51,472 nucleotides of DNA from Candidatus Moraniibacteriota bacterium (GCA_043785755.1 JAYVWV010000035.1:1-51472), one strand, 5' to 3'; numbered from the stretch's first letter, positions 9,118 through 19,361 are shown. Program-made: numbers and translations. Notes: generated by a model from the letters alone, not told the origin.

Positions 9118-9153
9118 GTCACGTCGTTCGCGTAACGACAGTGGCAAGGGGTG
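9096..9153 (-). terminator. Rho-independent terminator of rpoBC
   Basis: Minus strand: CACCCCUU...(inner GUCGUU-acgcg-AACGAC)...AAGGGGUG followed by UUUUUG, about 25 nt after the rpoC stop. Confidence 0.7.
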
Positions 9154-9179
9154 TTTGAGTATAGCGATAGAGAGAATGC

Positions 9180-12100
9180 CTACTCTCCCTTTTTATTGAC
9201 ATCCAACCCGCGGTACCCGGTACCGGCTGGGATGAGACGACCAATAATGACATTTTCTTTGAGTCCGCGCAGACGATCTTCCTTGCCGGCCACCGCCGCA
9301 TTGATGAGAACGCGTGCCGTTTCCATGAATGAGGCAGCCGAGAGGAAAGATTCGGTCGAAAGCGCCACCTTGGTAATGCCCAAGACCATCGGCTCGCCGA
9401 TGGCTTCGCGACCCTTCTTGGCACGAGCCTCGTCGTTGGCTTCCACGAACTGGTCCTTTTCGACGATATCGCCCGGGAGGAGCAGTGTGTCACCCGGATC
9501 AGCCACTCGGATACGAGACATCATCTGACGAATGATCACTTCGATGTGCTTGTCATTGATGGCTTCACCTTGAGTAGCATAGATCTCTTCAATCTCACGG
9601 ATGATGTAGCGATGGACCGCTTCCTGTCCCATGACGGCGAAAAGCTTGCGCAGGTCGATGTGGCCTTCGGAAAGCATCATACCAACCGAAACGAGATCAC
9701 CTTCCTTCACTTTGAGAGCGACGTTGGTCGGAATCTGGTATTCGTATTCTTTCTGGTCGTTGTCGATGACCTGGATTTTCACGACCTTGGCGCTATCACG
9801 AGCGATGGCTTTGACCTGGCCGTCCACTTCGCAGAGGATGGATTCGGTCTTCGGAACACGCGCTTCGAAAATTTCTTCCACTCGCGGCAAACCCTGAGTG
9901 ATGTCACTGCCGATAACACCGCCGACATGGAAGGTACGCATGGTTAGCTGAGTCCCTGGTTCGCCGATAGCCTGAGCGGCCACGACACCCACCGAGGCAC
10001 CGAGTTCCACCAAGGCACTGCGGCCGAGGTCGATCCCATAACACATCCGGCAGACACCACGTCGTGACTTACAGGCCACGAGCGAGCGAATTTTCACTTT
10101 GACAATCGCCTTGCCCTCAATCACTTTGCCCTGGGCCTTGGTGATAAGCGCCCCCTTCTTCACGATTACTTCCTTGGTTTCAGGATCCTTGATCGCTTCG
10201 ATAGCGGTCCGTCCTTCGATGCGGCTCCCATAGCTCTGGCCGATGGCGTCGGAATCTTCACGATAGAGGTAGGTCCCTTCGGTGTCCTGGCAGTCTTCCT
10301 CACGGACGATGATGTCTTGAGAGACATCTACCAAACGACGGGTCAGGTAACCGGCAGTGGCCGTACGGAGCGCCGTGTCAGCCATACCCTTACGAGCACC
10401 GTGGGTCGAAATGAAATATTCCAAGACGTTGAAACCTTCCTTAAACGAGCTCTTCACGGGCAGTTCGATAGTTTCTCCGGTCGGACCAGCCATCAACCCC
10501 TTCATACCCGTCATCTGAACCACTACCGATTCAGAACCACGAGCTTTGGAGTAGATCATGGCATAGACCGGACCTTCCTTGTCGAGCGTCGCGCGCACAG
10601 CATCAGTAATCTTGTTTTTGGTATCGTTCCAGATTTCAATGACACGGCTCTTGCGTTCCTCATTAGTGAGTAGACCCATGTTGTACTGATCTTTCACTTC
10701 CTTGATGTGTTCCTCGGCCACGGCCATCAGGGCTGGCTTTTCTTTCGGTACCACCAAGTCGTTCATACCCCAGCTAATACCAGACCGTGAAACGCTCCGG
10801 AAGGCCAAATCCTTCAGACGATCAGCGAAGAGGGCTGCTTCGTCCTGACCCAAAGTCTCAAGAATACGAGACATGAGTACCTTCAGATCTTTCTTGATCA
10901 TTTCTTCGTTCACGAAGCGCAGACTCTCAGGCAGGATGTCATTCAAAAGAATGCGACCGACCGAGGTCTCGATGATCTTCCCAGCGAAAGAAAGTCTCAC
11001 CTTGGCATTGACGGCAATCAGACTGTTCTCATAGGCGAGAATAGCTTCGTCCATCGTTCCGAAGGCCTTGCCTTCACCCTTACCCCCCGCCTTGATGTGC
11101 GTCAGATAATAGACACCGAGCACCATATCGAGCGTGGCCGAAACGATCGGTTCGCCGGAGGCCGGCTTCAAGAGGTTCTTCGAAGACAGCATGATCGTCG
11201 CACACTCGTGACGAGCCTGCTCGGTGAGCGGCACATGAACAGCCATCTGGTCACCGTCGAAGTCGGCATTGAAAGCGCTACACACCATCGGGTGCAAACG
11301 GATCGCCTTGCCTTCGATCAACACCGGCTGGAAAGCCTGGATCGACAAGCGGTGCAAGGTCGGCGCGCGGTTCAGGAGAACGTAGTGGTGGCCGATGATT
11401 TCATCGAGGATCTCATAGGCTTCCTCAGTCTCAGCATCCACCATGCGACCAGCGGTCCGGACGTTATGAGCGTATTCCTTGGTGATGAGCTTATTAATGA
11501 TGAACGGCTTGAAGAGTTCGAGCGCCATCTTCTTTGGCAGACCACACTGATGCAGTTTCAGATTCGGACCAACGACGATCACCGAACGACCAGAGTAGTC
11601 CACGCGCTTCCCCAAGAGGTTCTGGCGGAAACGTCCCTGCTTCCCCTTCAAAGCATCAGCCAAAGAACGGAGCGGACGACGCTGGCCAGTCGAAGCAGCG
11701 GTCGAAGCCTGACCACGCCGGGCGCTGTTGTCGAAGAGAGCGTCCACCGCTTCCTGCAACATTCTTTTTTCATTGCGGGTGATCACTTCCGGTGCACCGA
11801 TATTCATCAGTTTCTTCAAACGGTTGTTGCGGTTGATGATGCGACGATAGAGATCATTCAAGTCAGAAGTCGCAAAACGTCCACCATCAAGCGCCACCAT
11901 CGGACGAAGGTCCGGCGGAATGACAGGAATCATGAGGGGCAACATCCACTCCAAACGAAGCTTGGCCTTTTCGAAACCCTGGTAGACCTTGAGGCGCTGC
12001 AAAAGTTTTTTCTGATCGAGTGATTCGTCGGCCGAAAGCTGTTCCTTCAAGGCCTGGAGCTGCGACGGAATATCGATCTTCTCGAGAATCTTGCGGATAG

Positions 12101-12776
12101 CTTCCGCACCGATACCGGCGGTGAATACCTGACCGAAGCGACTGGAGAGATTGAAGTACTCCACTTCCGAGAGGATCTGGTAGGCTCGGACATTTTTGAT
12201 GTCTTCCTTAGTATCACGATACTGTTCTTTCAGTTCGTCCAGAGATTCTTCCAGGGCCTTTTCGTTCTTCTCGGCGGCGCGCATCTCCTTCTGCTTGCTC
12301 TTGTATTCTTTTTCCAAGGCATCGAGCGACTGTTCTTTCAGTTTCTCGTCGACACTCATGATGATGTACGAGGAGAAGTAGATGACGCGCTCGAGATCCT
12401 GGGGTGAAATACCGAGGACGAGTCCGATCTTAGATGGTACGCCACGCAGGAACCAGATATGAGAGACTGGTGTGGCCAACTTGATGTAGCCCATCCGTTC
12501 ACGGCGGACGATAGAACGGGTCACTTCGACACCGCACTTATCACAGACGATACCGTTGTAACGGATGCGCTTGTACTTGCCACAGTAACACTCCCAGTCC
12601 TTGGAAGGACCGAAAATCTTCTCGCAGAACAAGCCATCTGGTTCGTAGCGCTGAGTCCGATAGTTGATGGTCTCAGGCTTGGTCACTTCTCCGTTCGACC
12701 ACTCGAGGATTTGGTCGGGACTGGCGAGCGTCAGACGGACGCTGTCGAAATCGCTGACTTTGGTGATGTTTTCCAT
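9180..12776 (-). CDS. rpoC: DNA-directed RNA polymerase subunit beta'
   Basis: 1198 aa with the zinc motif [23 protein letters not shown] and the catalytic [12 protein letters not shown]. Confidence 0.98.
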   Translation of the reverse strand: MENITKVSDFDSVRLTLASPDQILEWSNGEVTKPETINYRTQRYEPDGLFCEKIFGPSKDWECYCGKYKRIRYNGIVCDKCGVEVTRSIVRRERMGYIKLATPVSHIWFLRGVPSKIGLVLGISPQDLERVIYFSSYIIMSVDEKLKEQSLDALEKEYKSKQKEMRAAEKNEKALEESLDELKEQYRDTKEDIKNVRAYQILSEVEYFNLSSRFGQVFTAGIGAEAIRKILEKIDIPSQLQALKEQLSADESLDQKKLLQRLKVYQGFEKAKLRLEWMLPLMIPVIPPDLRPMVALDGGRFATSDLNDLYRRIINRNNRLKKLMNIGAPEVITRNEKRMLQEAVDALFDNSARRGQASTAASTGQRRPLRSLADALKGKQGRFRQNLLGKRVDYSGRSVIVVGPNLKLHQCGLPKKMALELFKPFIINKLITKEYAHNVRTAGRMVDAETEEAYEILDEIIGHHYVLLNRAPTLHRLSIQAFQPVLIEGKAIRLHPMVCSAFNADFDGDQMAVHVPLTEQARHECATIMLSSKNLLKPASGEPIVSATLDMVLGVYYLTHIKAGGKGEGKAFGTMDEAILAYENSLIAVNAKVRLSFAGKIIETSVGRILLNDILPESLRFVNEEMIKKDLKVLMSRILETLGQDEAALFADRLKDLAFRSVSRSGISWGMNDLVVPKEKPALMAVAEEHIKEVKDQYNMGLLTNEERKSRVIEIWNDTKNKITDAVRATLDKEGPVYAMIYSKARGSESVVVQMTGMKGLMAGPTGETIELPVKSSFKEGFNVLEYFISTHGARKGMADTALRTATAGYLTRRLVDVSQDIIVREEDCQDTEGTYLYREDSDAIGQSYGSRIEGRTAIEAIKDPETKEVIVKKGALITKAQGKVIEGKAIVKVKIRSLVACKSRRGVCRMCYGIDLGRSALVELGASVGVVAAQAIGEPGTQLTMRTFHVGGVIGSDITQGLPRVEEIFEARVPKTESILCEVDGQVKAIARDSAKVVKIQVIDNDQKEYEYQIPTNVALKVKEGDLVSVGMMLSEGHIDLRKLFAVMGQEAVHRYIIREIEEIYATQGEAINDKHIEVIIRQMMSRIRVADPGDTLLLPGDIVEKDQFVEANDEARAKKGREAIGEPMVLGITKVALSTESFLSAASFMETARVLINAAVAGKEDRLRGLKENVIIGRLIPAGTGYRGLDVNKKGE

Positions 12777-12809
12777 AGGTGTGAGTTGAAACGATGTGGA
12801 TGAAAGGAA

Positions 12810-15800
12810 TTAGACGGTCTCGTTTTGGATCTCTTCAGGCAAGAGATCAGCTTCCGTCCGAGCACCCTTCAGCTCGACATTGAGACACAGACCTTTGAGC
12901 TCGTTCACCAAAACATGGAACGATGCCGGCAGATTCGGACTCTTGATTGGCTCGCCTTTGATGATCGACTCGTAGGCCTTAGAACGACCTAACACATCAT
13001 CGGATTTGATAGTCAACATTTCTTGGAGCGTATACGCAGCACCATACCCTTCGAGGGCCCACACTTCCATTTCGCCGAAGCGCTGGCCACCGAACTGGGC
13101 CTTACCGCCCAAAGGCTGCTGCGTGATAAGCGAGTAGGGTCCGATGGAACGCATGTGGAGCTTATCTTCGATCAAGTGGTTCAGTTTCATGATGTACATG
13201 ACACCCACCGTTGATTCGTTATCGTAGGGCTGACCGCTCTTGCCATCAGTGAGACGGATCTTACCATTCTCAGGCAGGCCGGCTTTCTTCAATTCTTCTT
13301 TGATGTCTCCTTCAGAAACACCATCGAGAGCTACTGAGGCCACCTTGTAGCCGAGTTTCATGGCCGCCCAACCGAGGTGCGTCTCGAGGATCTGGCCGAT
13401 GTTCATACGAGAGGCGATACCGAGCGGGTTCAGAATGACATCCACCGGCGTTCCATCAGGGAGATACGGCATATCTTCTGCGGGAGCGATGATCGAGATA
13501 ACACCTTTGTTACCGTGGCGCCCCGCCAACTTGTCACCGACGGAAATTTTACGCATCTGCGCCACCGAAACCTGAATCTGTTCGAACACACCCATCGGAA
13601 GCTTGTCACCTCGTTCACGAGAGAAGACTTTGACATCAACCACTTTGCCGTGTTCGCCGTGTGGCAGATAGAGTGAAGAATCTTTCACATCACGCGACTT
13701 CTCACCGAAGATTACGCGGAGCAGTCTTTCCTCAGCTGTCAGATCGCCCTCCCCTTTCGGAGTGATCTTTCCGACCAGGATTTCGCCGGAGGAAACTTCA
13801 GCACCGATTCGGATGATGCCACCTTCATCGAGATTCTTCAGACGATCCTCGCCGATATTCGGAATATCGCGGGTCACGACTTCCGGTCCAAGCTTGGTAT
13901 CGCGCACGTCGATCGAGAAGTCTTCGATATGAATCGAGCTCCAGCGATCACCCTGCACGACTCGTTCGGAAATAATGATAGCGTCTTCATAGTTGAACCC
14001 GCCCCATGGGACGAAGGCCACGACCATGTTCTGACCGAGTGCCAGTTCACCATGATCAGTCGAAGCACCGTCAGCTAAGAGATCCCCGGCGGCGACCATT
14101 TGCCCCTTCTTAACGCGCGGCACCTGGTTCATCGAGGTGAAGGCGTTTGATTTTTCAAAACTCTGCAGGAGATATTCGGTATCGATATGATCCTTCTTGG
14201 CACCAGCTGGTGCATCGGAACGGACCAAGATACGACGTGCATCGACAGCGATCACTTCGCCAGCCTGGAGCGAAAGCACCACCTGACCAGAATCACGAGC
14301 GGCCTTGTCTTCGATACCAGTCCCGACGATCGGTGACTGCGGGATGACACACGACACCGCCTGACGCTGCATGTTCGAACCCATGAGGGCACGGTTCGCG
14401 TCATCGTGTTCCAAGAACGGAATGAGGGCCGTGGCGATCGAGATACACTGCTTGACCGACACATCAATATAGTCGAGCGCTTCTGCTTCAATCGTTTCCG
14501 GGTGACCCTTCACGCGAGCACCCACCATCTGTTCGATGATATTACGATGAGCATCGAGATCGATACGAGCATGAGCGATGACCTGACGGTCTTCGACGAT
14601 GGCATTCAGATATTCGATATCAAGCGTCACAAACGGCTTGACCTTGACCTGCTCATCCTTCTTCTTGGTAGCGACCAAAGCAGCTGTCTCTTCCGTCAAC
14701 CGCTCACCCTTCTTAGCAGCACCGGCCACGTCTTCATTCAAGATGCGATTGACCAACTCTTCTTTCTTGGCATCGACTAATTTCTTCACGATGAGGTACG
14801 GAGTCTCGAGGAAACCATATTCATTGACTCGGGCATAGCTGGCCAAATGGCCGACCAAACCAATGTTCGGACCTTCTGGCGTTTCAATCGGACAAATACG
14901 ACCGTAGTGCGAATGGTGCACGTCACGGACTTCGAAGCCAGCACGCTCGCGGGTCAGACCGCCAGGCCCCATAGCCGACAAACGACGCTTGTGTTCCAGT
15001 TCAGCCAACGGGTTGACCTGGTCCATAAACTGGGACAACTGAGAGCTCGAGAAAAATTCTTTGACCGAAGCAGCCACTGGGCGAGGATTGATCAGTTGAC
15101 CAGGCACCACAGTGTCCGGATCACAGGTACTCATGCGGTCCTTGATATTGCGTACCATACGGTACATACCAACACGCAGTTTGTTCTGAATGAGTTCGCC
15201 GACGGCCCGCACACGGCGGTTGCCGAGGTGGTCGATATCGTCTGGCCGTCCCTCTGGATCATTGTTGAGGCGGATCACTTCCTTGATGATGAGCACCAAG
15301 TCGTCCGTGTTCAGGATGCGGTTCTCTTCGGTATCGGCCCGGTCAATAGAGAGGCGCTGATTCAAACGGTAGCGACCAACGGCTCCGAAGTCATAACGCT
15401 CGAAGTTGAAAAACATGGCGATGATCATCTGCTTGGCATTCTCTTCCGTCGCCAGATCGCCCGGACGCAGACGCTTGTACACTTCACGGTAGGCCTCGCC
15501 CTGATTGTGTGACGGGTCCTTAAGGAGGGTCGTCTCAATATATTTGACTGGACCGTTGTCAGCATCGGCGAATTCCTCACGCAAACGCTTCTCGTCAAAA
15601 CCAAAAGCCTTGAAAAGAGCCGTAATCGGCAGCTTGCGCTTGCGGTCAATCTTCACGGAAATAACACCGTCCAAATCGGTCTCGATCTCCAGCCAGGCAC
15701 CACGATTCGGGATGATCTTGCCACCGAACAGCTTCTTACCCTTCTGGTAGTCCATGGTGAAAAACACACCCGGGGAGCGGATGAGCTGCGAAACCACTAC

Positions 15801-16223
15801 ACGTTCTACGCCATTGATAATGAACGTGCCGCGTTCGGTCATCACGGGGAAGTCCCCCAGATAGATCTCCTGTTCCTTCACTTCGCCAGTCTTCTTCATG
15901 AGCAAAGTGGCTTTGGCCCGGAGCGGCGCCTCGTAAGAAATATTCTTGTTCTTGGCAATGAGGGCCGGATACTTGGGCTCGTCGAGATAATAGTCGGTGA
16001 CCGTCAATTCCAGGTCCTTCCCGGTAAAATCGGTGATGGGGTTAATTTCAGAAAAAAGCTCCTTTAAGCCCTTATCCCAGAACCACTGATATGAGTCTTT
16101 TTGCACCTCAATCAGGTCTGGCAGGGAGACCGTGATCCGGTTATTGAAGAACTTCCGCTTGGAGAGTGAGGACTCCTTGCTGAACGTATCTTTCACACGC
16201 AACGCTTTGTCTGCTTGGGACAT
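12810..16223 (-). CDS. rpoB: DNA-directed RNA polymerase subunit beta
   Basis: Motifs GDKLAGRHGNKGVIS, FGGQRFGEMEVWALEGYGAAYTLQE. Start set at ATG 16223 (MSQADK); the ORF-track start 16292 is a GTG. Confidence 0.97.
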   Translation of the reverse strand: MSQADKALRVKDTFSKESSLSKRKFFNNRITVSLPDLIEVQKDSYQWFWDKGLKELFSEINPITDFTGKDLELTVTDYYLDEPKYPALIAKNKNISYEAPLRAKATLLMKKTGEVKEQEIYLGDFPVMTERGTFIINGVERVVVSQLIRSPGVFFTMDYQKGKKLFGGKIIPNRGAWLEIETDLDGVISVKIDRKRKLPITALFKAFGFDEKRLREEFADADNGPVKYIETTLLKDPSHNQGEAYREVYKRLRPGDLATEENAKQMIIAMFFNFERYDFGAVGRYRLNQRLSIDRADTEENRILNTDDLVLIIKEVIRLNNDPEGRPDDIDHLGNRRVRAVGELIQNKLRVGMYRMVRNIKDRMSTCDPDTVVPGQLINPRPVAASVKEFFSSSQLSQFMDQVNPLAELEHKRRLSAMGPGGLTRERAGFEVRDVHHSHYGRICPIETPEGPNIGLVGHLASYARVNEYGFLETPYLIVKKLVDAKKEELVNRILNEDVAGAAKKGERLTEETAALVATKKKDEQVKVKPFVTLDIEYLNAIVEDRQVIAHARIDLDAHRNIIEQMVGARVKGHPETIEAEALDYIDVSVKQCISIATALIPFLEHDDANRALMGSNMQRQAVSCVIPQSPIVGTGIEDKAARDSGQVVLSLQAGEVIAVDARRILVRSDAPAGAKKDHIDTEYLLQSFEKSNAFTSMNQVPRVKKGQMVAAGDLLADGASTDHGELALGQNMVVAFVPWGGFNYEDAIIISERVVQGDRWSSIHIEDFSIDVRDTKLGPEVVTRDIPNIGEDRLKNLDEGGIIRIGAEVSSGEILVGKITPKGEGDLTAEERLLRVIFGEKSRDVKDSSLYLPHGEHGKVVDVKVFSRERGDKLPMGVFEQIQVSVAQMRKISVGDKLAGRHGNKGVISIIAPAEDMPYLPDGTPVDVILNPLGIASRMNIGQILETHLGWAAMKLGYKVASVALDGVSEGDIKEELKKAGLPENGKIRLTDGKSGQPYDNESTVGVMYIMKLNHLIEDKLHMRSIGPYSLITQQPLGGKAQFGGQRFGEMEVWALEGYGAAYTLQEMLTIKSDDVLGRSKAYESIIKGEPIKSPNLPASFHVLVNELKGLCLNVELKGARTEADLLPEEIQNETV

Positions 16224-16513
16224 AAAAAGGCACCCACGGGGATTCTCCTTGCTCAGGAGTCCGCCAGCCGGCGGATTGAACAAGTAGGACACGTGAGGTT
16301 ATCGGATAAACTCTTTACGTTGGGACGGGAAACGGTTCCGTTCCATGTGGTTGGAAAATGTTAGCCTTTGCTTTTCAGCAGCCATTCCAACTCGGTCTCG
16401 CCATAGACCTTTCACCCAAAGGCGATTCGAGACTAGAAAAGTCTGTCACTTTACCTTTCGACGCGCCGAGGAGAATCTTCGGCCATTCGAAAAGTCAAAT
16501 CACAGTACAACCG

Positions 16514-16542
16514 ATTGTAACAACTGCTTCTATTCCTGTCAA
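16514..16542 (-). promoter_or_regulatory. Strong promoter TTGACA-17 nt-(TGt)TACAAT, about 285 nt upstream of rpoB
   Basis: Minus strand reads tatTTGACAggaatagaagcagtTGtTACAATcgg. Confidence 0.65.
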
Positions 16543-16574
16543 ATAAAAACCAAAAAATGGCTCTAATGAGGGCC
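16543..16574 (-). terminator. Weak hairpin plus U-run after the 16638-16934 gene
   Basis: Minus strand GGCCCUCAUUAGAGCC (5 bp plus a mismatch) followed by AUUUUUUGGUUUUUAU. Confidence 0.4.
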
Positions 16575-16637
16575 TTCGTCGAAAATTATTCCTGCTCGGC
16601 GTGCTCGAAAAGCATCGTGGCTGGAATCGTTTGTTGT

Positions 16638-16934
16638 TTATCTTCCGTCCCTCTCTTCTCCTCTCGATTCTCTACCAAAAGTATACACTTTTCTGACCGT
16701 CTCGGCAATACGGGCCGAGGTGTAGACATCCGGGAGGTCGCTCTCCACCTGGAAATCAGTGACATCGATTGCCCGGAGTCCCTGCTCTTTCAGGATCTCC
16801 GCCAGCGCCTCAAACAAGCGCTGCCCCATATCACGTGCCTCAGGCCACTCCCGAACGGCCAGTTCTTTGTCATCACGCAGAAGCGCCAACCTGGATTGCG
16901 CTTTCTCCAATTTCAGTTTGAATGTGTATGACAT
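16638..16934 (-). CDS. Small hypothetical protein (98 aa), possibly a degenerate TsaB-N-terminal-like fold
   Basis: ATG 16934. The sequence pattern ...SRLALLRDDKELAVREW...GQRLFEALAEILKEQGLRAIDVTDFQV...YTSARIAETVRKV loosely parallels the TsaB N-terminal half but lacks the GPGSFTG motif. Confidence 0.45.
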   Translation of the reverse strand: MSYTFKLKLEKAQSRLALLRDDKELAVREWPEARDMGQRLFEALAEILKEQGLRAIDVTDFQVESDLPDVYTSARIAETVRKVYTFGRESRGEERDGR

Positions 16935-16936
16935 AG

Positions 16937-16981
16937 TAAAAAAGAAAAAGTCCCGTGTCAGTCATACTGTACCACGGGATG
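16937..16981 (-). terminator. Rho-independent terminator
   Basis: Minus strand UCCCGUG-(15-nt loop)-CACGGGA followed by CUUUUUCUUUUUU. It starts 9 nt after the stop of ORF 16990..17487. Confidence 0.6.
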
Positions 16982-16989
16982 AACAAAAA

Positions 16990-17638
16990 TCAATCCCATA
17001 CTCCCATCTCATTTGTCCAGTTTGATTTCCTTCGACTGAAGAACAATAGGCAAAGAAAAAAGCTACCGGGTCGAAACCAAATAGCCTGGCATGCGGGGAT
17101 CCCGCGGGTAACGCAACAGGGCCAGCTCGAAACCATTCTGTCCTCTGGCTCGACTTCCCTCATTGACCCAGAGCCAGCGCACAGCCGAGCAAAGCGCTCG
17201 ATGATGGGCTGCCACTCCGGTTCCTCCTGGTACTGCGACGCCTGAGGAAGGAGAGAAACCTGCTCGGCCAGCGTCCTCACACTCCCGCCAGCCCAAGGTA
17301 CCGTGGCCCGATGGACAACATAGGTGTTCCGGGAGACCGTCACACTGACAGTGGCGACGTCACCATTCCTCGATGGTTCTCTCCGTTCCGCCCGGACCTC
17401 AAACACGGTCCTCTGCCAACTCCACCACCCGGTTGACCATTTCCTGATCAGCAGCACAGGCTTTGACATGGATCTGTGAAAAAACATCTTGCCCTCCTGT
17501 TATGATCGGCTTGTGAATTGGAAAAAAACCATTGAAAACCAGCTTCTCAAAATTAAGACCGGGGGTCAAGAGAAAGCTTGCCTGATTGATAGCGGCGCGC
17601 AGGAATCTCCTTTCCTTCTTTACCATCTCTGTACTCAA
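16990..17638 (-). other. Unresolved coding potential: two overlapping reading frames that could be joined by a 1-nt shift near 17400
   Basis: ORFs 17399..17638 and 16990..17487. The first ends ...VVELAEDRV-stop at gtgttTGA. The second reads through the same bases as ...TVFEVRAERREPSRNGDVATVSVTV..., and a terminator directly follows the stop at 16990. Confidence 0.3.
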
Positions 17639-19358
17639 CTTCTAATCCCACCCGCTCTTCTTGTCGTTTCAAGGAAAGAGAGCGTAAACAAGCAGGGGTG
17701 CCGGGCCCCACGACCGTCAGATCTCCGATGCGCGAGAGCATCTCCGCCACTCCATTGTCACCACCGGTGGAACAGGAATTGAGAACGATGACGGCCTCTT
17801 TGATGAAAAAGGTGCGCAGTTCCTCGTAGGCAGCCCCTTTAATTTCTCTTTTTTCTATCGCCCGTCTCGCTTTTTCACCAAACACAATCTTCTCGGTATT
17901 GCCATGCCCACCCACGACTGCAAAAGAAATTTTCTGCTTTACTCCATAACGCCGATTGAGGCGGATCAGTTTTTTGGCCGCATCCAAAACACTCTCACAT
18001 TCAAAGATCCGCACAGCCATCCCCTCTTGCTCAACATTTTCGCCGAATTCTTGGAATATGTCGTCATCTCCATAAAAGCCCCCATTCCAATCTTCTCGAG
18101 GATTAAGCACGATACCATAGGGCACATCAGCTTCGGTCAACTCCAGCTGCCTCAACAAAAGCTTCTTGGGATAACGAGCAAACGTCAGAATCCCATTTTC
18201 TCGCGACAGCGTTTCCGCAGAACCGGCCGCCGCTCTTTCGAGCATAACAGCAGCCGCTATATTCTGGACATAATTGTCCTGGCGCCGGTACTGCTCTTCT
18301 CGCTCACTTGCCTTCTTATCCTTCTTCTTCTTTTCACTCGCTACTTTGTCAGCATCGTACAGTCGAGCAGGGTCCAGCCCCAGCTGCCGCACCAAAGAAT
18401 CCAAAATGAATCTCTTTCTCTCTGTATCCTTTTTCGACGAAAACCTATAAGACTCGATGATCTTGCGAAGTGTCGTTTCATCAGTTCCCGATAGGAGGGC
18501 CTTATACCACACTTCTTGAGCAGCTCTCTGCTCTTCCACACTGCCATCGACAAGCAATGGGCGGAGAATCTCTGCATAGCTCCCAAAAAGCTGTTCACAT
18601 GAAGAATTCTTCTCTGCCTGAGAGACCTTTTCTCTCACCGTCGAAAAAAAAGAACGCGCCAGTGTGAGCGCTTCTGCCGGCTGCCGCCCATGCCGCACAG
18701 CGCTGGCCACAGTCTTAGCAAAGGGCAGTGCCTGTTCGTCCGACACACAGCCTCTCAAAGATTCCTCCCAAAAAGCACTGTGCGCTGATAATACTCGTGT
18801 CCCCATAGCGCACAATCCCTGTGATGTGCGAGCAACATGAGAGTAACTTCCATTGATAGTCGGGTCGTCATCAATATCATTCATGAGGCGTGTCAGAATT
18901 TGCACGGCCTCAGCCTGTGTCTCCGGCTGATCCAGAGCTAGAGACAGGTCGTTTTCCAACCACCGTATCGAATACCGTGCGATCTTTTCGGAAAATCCAT
19001 CAACGGGATCTTGGATCAAGTCCTGAAAAACACCTTTGAACTCCTGCCAAAAACCCCGGGGCCGTGGACCAGCAGGTCTCCGAAAAATACCAAGCAAAGT
19101 GTCGAGGTGTCGCTCTATTTTTTGAAGCGCTGCGTTGGAATGTTCTTCCACTGAAAATGGCTGTGCTGCTTCGCGTGGAGCTACTGGCGCTTGTAGGCGG
19201 GCCAGAATCAACGCTGCCTCTTCGTGGGCGGCCACTTGCGATCTGGCCAGCGCCTGAGAGTCTGCCCCCGGCATCCGTTCACGTACCATAGAGTCATCAC
19301 TCTCCCGTACAACCGGCTGGGCCAGTTCCTTACTTCTCAAGTGTTCCGGATAAGGCAT
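17553..19358 (-). CDS. Large hypothetical protein (601 aa) with a helical N-terminal region and a C-terminal domain carrying a caspase/CHAT-like His...Cys signature
   Basis: ATG 19358 lies 3 nt after the amidase stop. The C-terminus contains ISFAVVGGHGNTEKIVFG and AVIVLNSCSTGGDNG (beta-strand-HG and beta-strand-C-x-[ST]-G). No signal peptide was seen. Confidence 0.6.
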   Translation of the reverse strand: MPYPEHLRSKELAQPVVRESDDSMVRERMPGADSQALARSQVAAHEEAALILARLQAPVAPREAAQPFSVEEHSNAALQKIERHLDTLLGIFRRPAGPRPRGFWQEFKGVFQDLIQDPVDGFSEKIARYSIRWLENDLSLALDQPETQAEAVQILTRLMNDIDDDPTINGSYSHVARTSQGLCAMGTRVLSAHSAFWEESLRGCVSDEQALPFAKTVASAVRHGRQPAEALTLARSFFSTVREKVSQAEKNSSCEQLFGSYAEILRPLLVDGSVEEQRAAQEVWYKALLSGTDETTLRKIIESYRFSSKKDTERKRFILDSLVRQLGLDPARLYDADKVASEKKKKDKKASEREEQYRRQDNYVQNIAAAVMLERAAAGSAETLSRENGILTFARYPKKLLLRQLELTEADVPYGIVLNPREDWNGGFYGDDDIFQEFGENVEQEGMAVRIFECESVLDAAKKLIRLNRRYGVKQKISFAVVGGHGNTEKIVFGEKARRAIEKREIKGAAYEELRTFFIKEAVIVLNSCSTGGDNGVAEMLSRIGDLTVVGPGTPACLRSLSLKRQEERVGLEVEYRDGKEGKEIPARRYQSGKLSLDPRS

Positions 19359-19361
19359 ATG

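Noticed and set aside
17395-17430. tmRNA-like 3' end (TGCCAACTCCACCA) on the plus strand and an RNase P P4-like GAGGTCCGGGC on the minus strand, in the unannotated gap.
   Set aside because: No matching 5' acceptor strand (GGAGTTG) lies upstream, and there is no canonical T-loop or tag reading frame. The RNase P-like string lacks the AAA of GAGGAAAGUCC. A second P4-like strand would be only about 10 nt away instead of more than 200 nt. These are most likely chance similarities in GC-rich sequence.
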